Below, piece by piece: positions 62,401-64,000 of a stretch of DNA of 64,000 nt (positions are counted from its first letter, which is position 1; each line of letters starts with the position of its first letter). Source of the stretch: Octopus sinensis (lineage: Eukaryota); NCBI RefSeq assembly GCF_006345805.1, contig NC_042997.1:77996001-78060000 (forward strand), in the 5' to 3' direction. Both the position numbers and the translations under genes were made by a program. The notes below the pieces were generated by a model. That model was not told the origin of the DNA. It searched no databases and saw only the letters and a list, made by a program, of their open reading frames with translations.

Positions 62401-64000
62401 ATAGCAATAGAAGGGGATGCAAATGCCTCAAAGACCTGCTCAGACGTTTCCAACTGTCTGACAGGTACCGACTGGACCACCCGAATGTGCCAATGTGGAC
62501 ATGGAGTAACCGCATCGGGTCGTCCAGATCATACTTAGATAGAGTATTCTGTAGGACAATAGATAAAAATAGCGTAGGATGTCCACAATTTCATATAGTC
62601 AGTTACACAGATCACAAGTTTGTGACTTGTACACTTGACTTAGATAAGACACATAGGCAGGGTCCTGGTTACTGGAAACTGAACGCGTCTTTTACAGCAC
62701 GACAGGTTTACAGGGACCGGATCACACATTAGTTAAGAGAGCTTTGACGGGTACCATCATCAACAAACATGGTGGTATGCCCTAAAAAGCAATTAAAGCA
62801 GAATCAGTCAGATACAGTAAGCCCTAACATTAGACCGAAATAGAATAGAGGGAGAATTAGTTAAGGTTTTAGAAGAGGCACTTAGAACTGGCATCGCGTC
62901 CAACGTGCTGGCGGCGAGATTGGCCCTCGACCAACACCTCAACGCCAAACACGAGGGAGCGTTGTCAGAGCTAGGATGCGTGCTCTGAGGAACGAAGGAG
63001 TTGGAGCCGCCCAAGAGGCCCGAGTGGTGGAGACGCAACGAGGCAACAGAGCCACCATCAAGTCTCTTATAGATGAACAGGGGCGCGAATTGCTCGAGCC
63101 TAAAAGGATGTGTGGGGCTTTTCAACAACACTTCACCCAACTGTTTGGGACAAGTGGTGGGTCAGAACGCAGAGTGGACTTTAGTGCCTACCTGCATGCT
63201 TTGCCACGACTCTCAGCAAGAGAGGTGGAGTCTTGTGAAAGGCCTATCACAGCTGCGGACGTACAGGATGCGATGGTAGGCTGCGCGAGAGACAAGTCAC
63301 CAGGCTTGGATGGTCTGTCCTACGAACTTTATTTTCATATGCCAGACTTATTTGGAGGCGTCTACTGCAACTGGCAGCAAAACTGCTTTTGTAAAGCGAG
63401 GAGCAGTAGCACTGATTAAGAAAGACCCAAACAAGGGGGAAGTCATAGATAATTTCAGGCCCATCACTCTGCTCAACGCAGATTTGAAAATTTTGGCCAA
63501 GGTGTTAGCCGAGAGGTTGGCGCTTGTCATCAAGAAACTAATCGACAAGGCGCAAACATGCGCCGTGCCGGGTAGAAGTATTCATGACAACCTCCATCTG
63601 ATGCGCTACATCATAGACAGGGTAGTTAAGAATCCTGGCATGGGTGGGGCGCTGATCATTTGGATCAATCAAAAGCTTTCGATAGGGTAGACCATCACTA
63701 CTTGGAGGCTGTCCTTAAAGCGGCTGGTTTCGGTCCAGTTTTCCGCGGTTGGATCGCTGCCTTATACAGCGGCATCCGCTCAGTAGTTCGCGTAAATGGT
63801 CATCTATCCAGACCTTTTAACATCATGCGTTCGGTTCGTCAGGGATGCCCCCTCTCATCGCTGCTGTATGTATTAACTCTTGAGCCACTACTGCGGAAAC
63901 TGGCGACGCTGAGGGGCATCCCACGAGAGCTGGAATGCGGGAGGAGCGTGTCTGCATACGCGGATGACGTCACCGTCATAGTGTCGAGCTACGAGCACAT
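59461..64000 (+). mobile_element. Tx1/L1-clade retrotransposon B (divergent subfamily), probably 5'-complete, running off the window
   Basis: Starts at the end of the TATC tract; ~330-nt leader; ORF1 from ATG 59794 (Thr/Asn-rich N-terminus, CYICGSEQHLKKD knuckle); ORF2 from ATG 61966 collinear with element A through YADD; frameshifted. Confidence 0.92.

Overview
AT-rich, repeat-dense animal genomic DNA. The SINE, RTE and microsatellite content looks like a coleoid cephalopod, probably Octopus (inferred, not proven). One host gene is supported: the 3' part of EDC4/Ge-1 (enhancer of mRNA decapping 4) on the + strand. It has 18 phase-consistent GT-AG exons from 5139 to the stop at 33658 (about 996 codons); its 5' exons lie upstream of the window. 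The rest is mostly transposable elements. These are a near-full-length RTE LINE with a PHD-like finger inside its RT plus several remnants, six mariner relics, an internally deleted gag+integrase LTR element, an internally deleted piggyBac with a 44-bp subterminal array, a young 5'-truncated CR1, a compact Gypsy provirus with a 5-bp TSD, and tRNA-derived SINEs. The strongest novelty candidate is at 53481-64000. Two distinct Tx1/L1-clade retrotransposons sit head-to-tail, and all three visible junctions abut (TATC)n/(GATA)n. This suggests a microsatellite-targeted Tx1 lineage with a conserved, unrecognised ORF1 C-terminal domain and structured UTRs. All homology calls are by eye; no searches were run.
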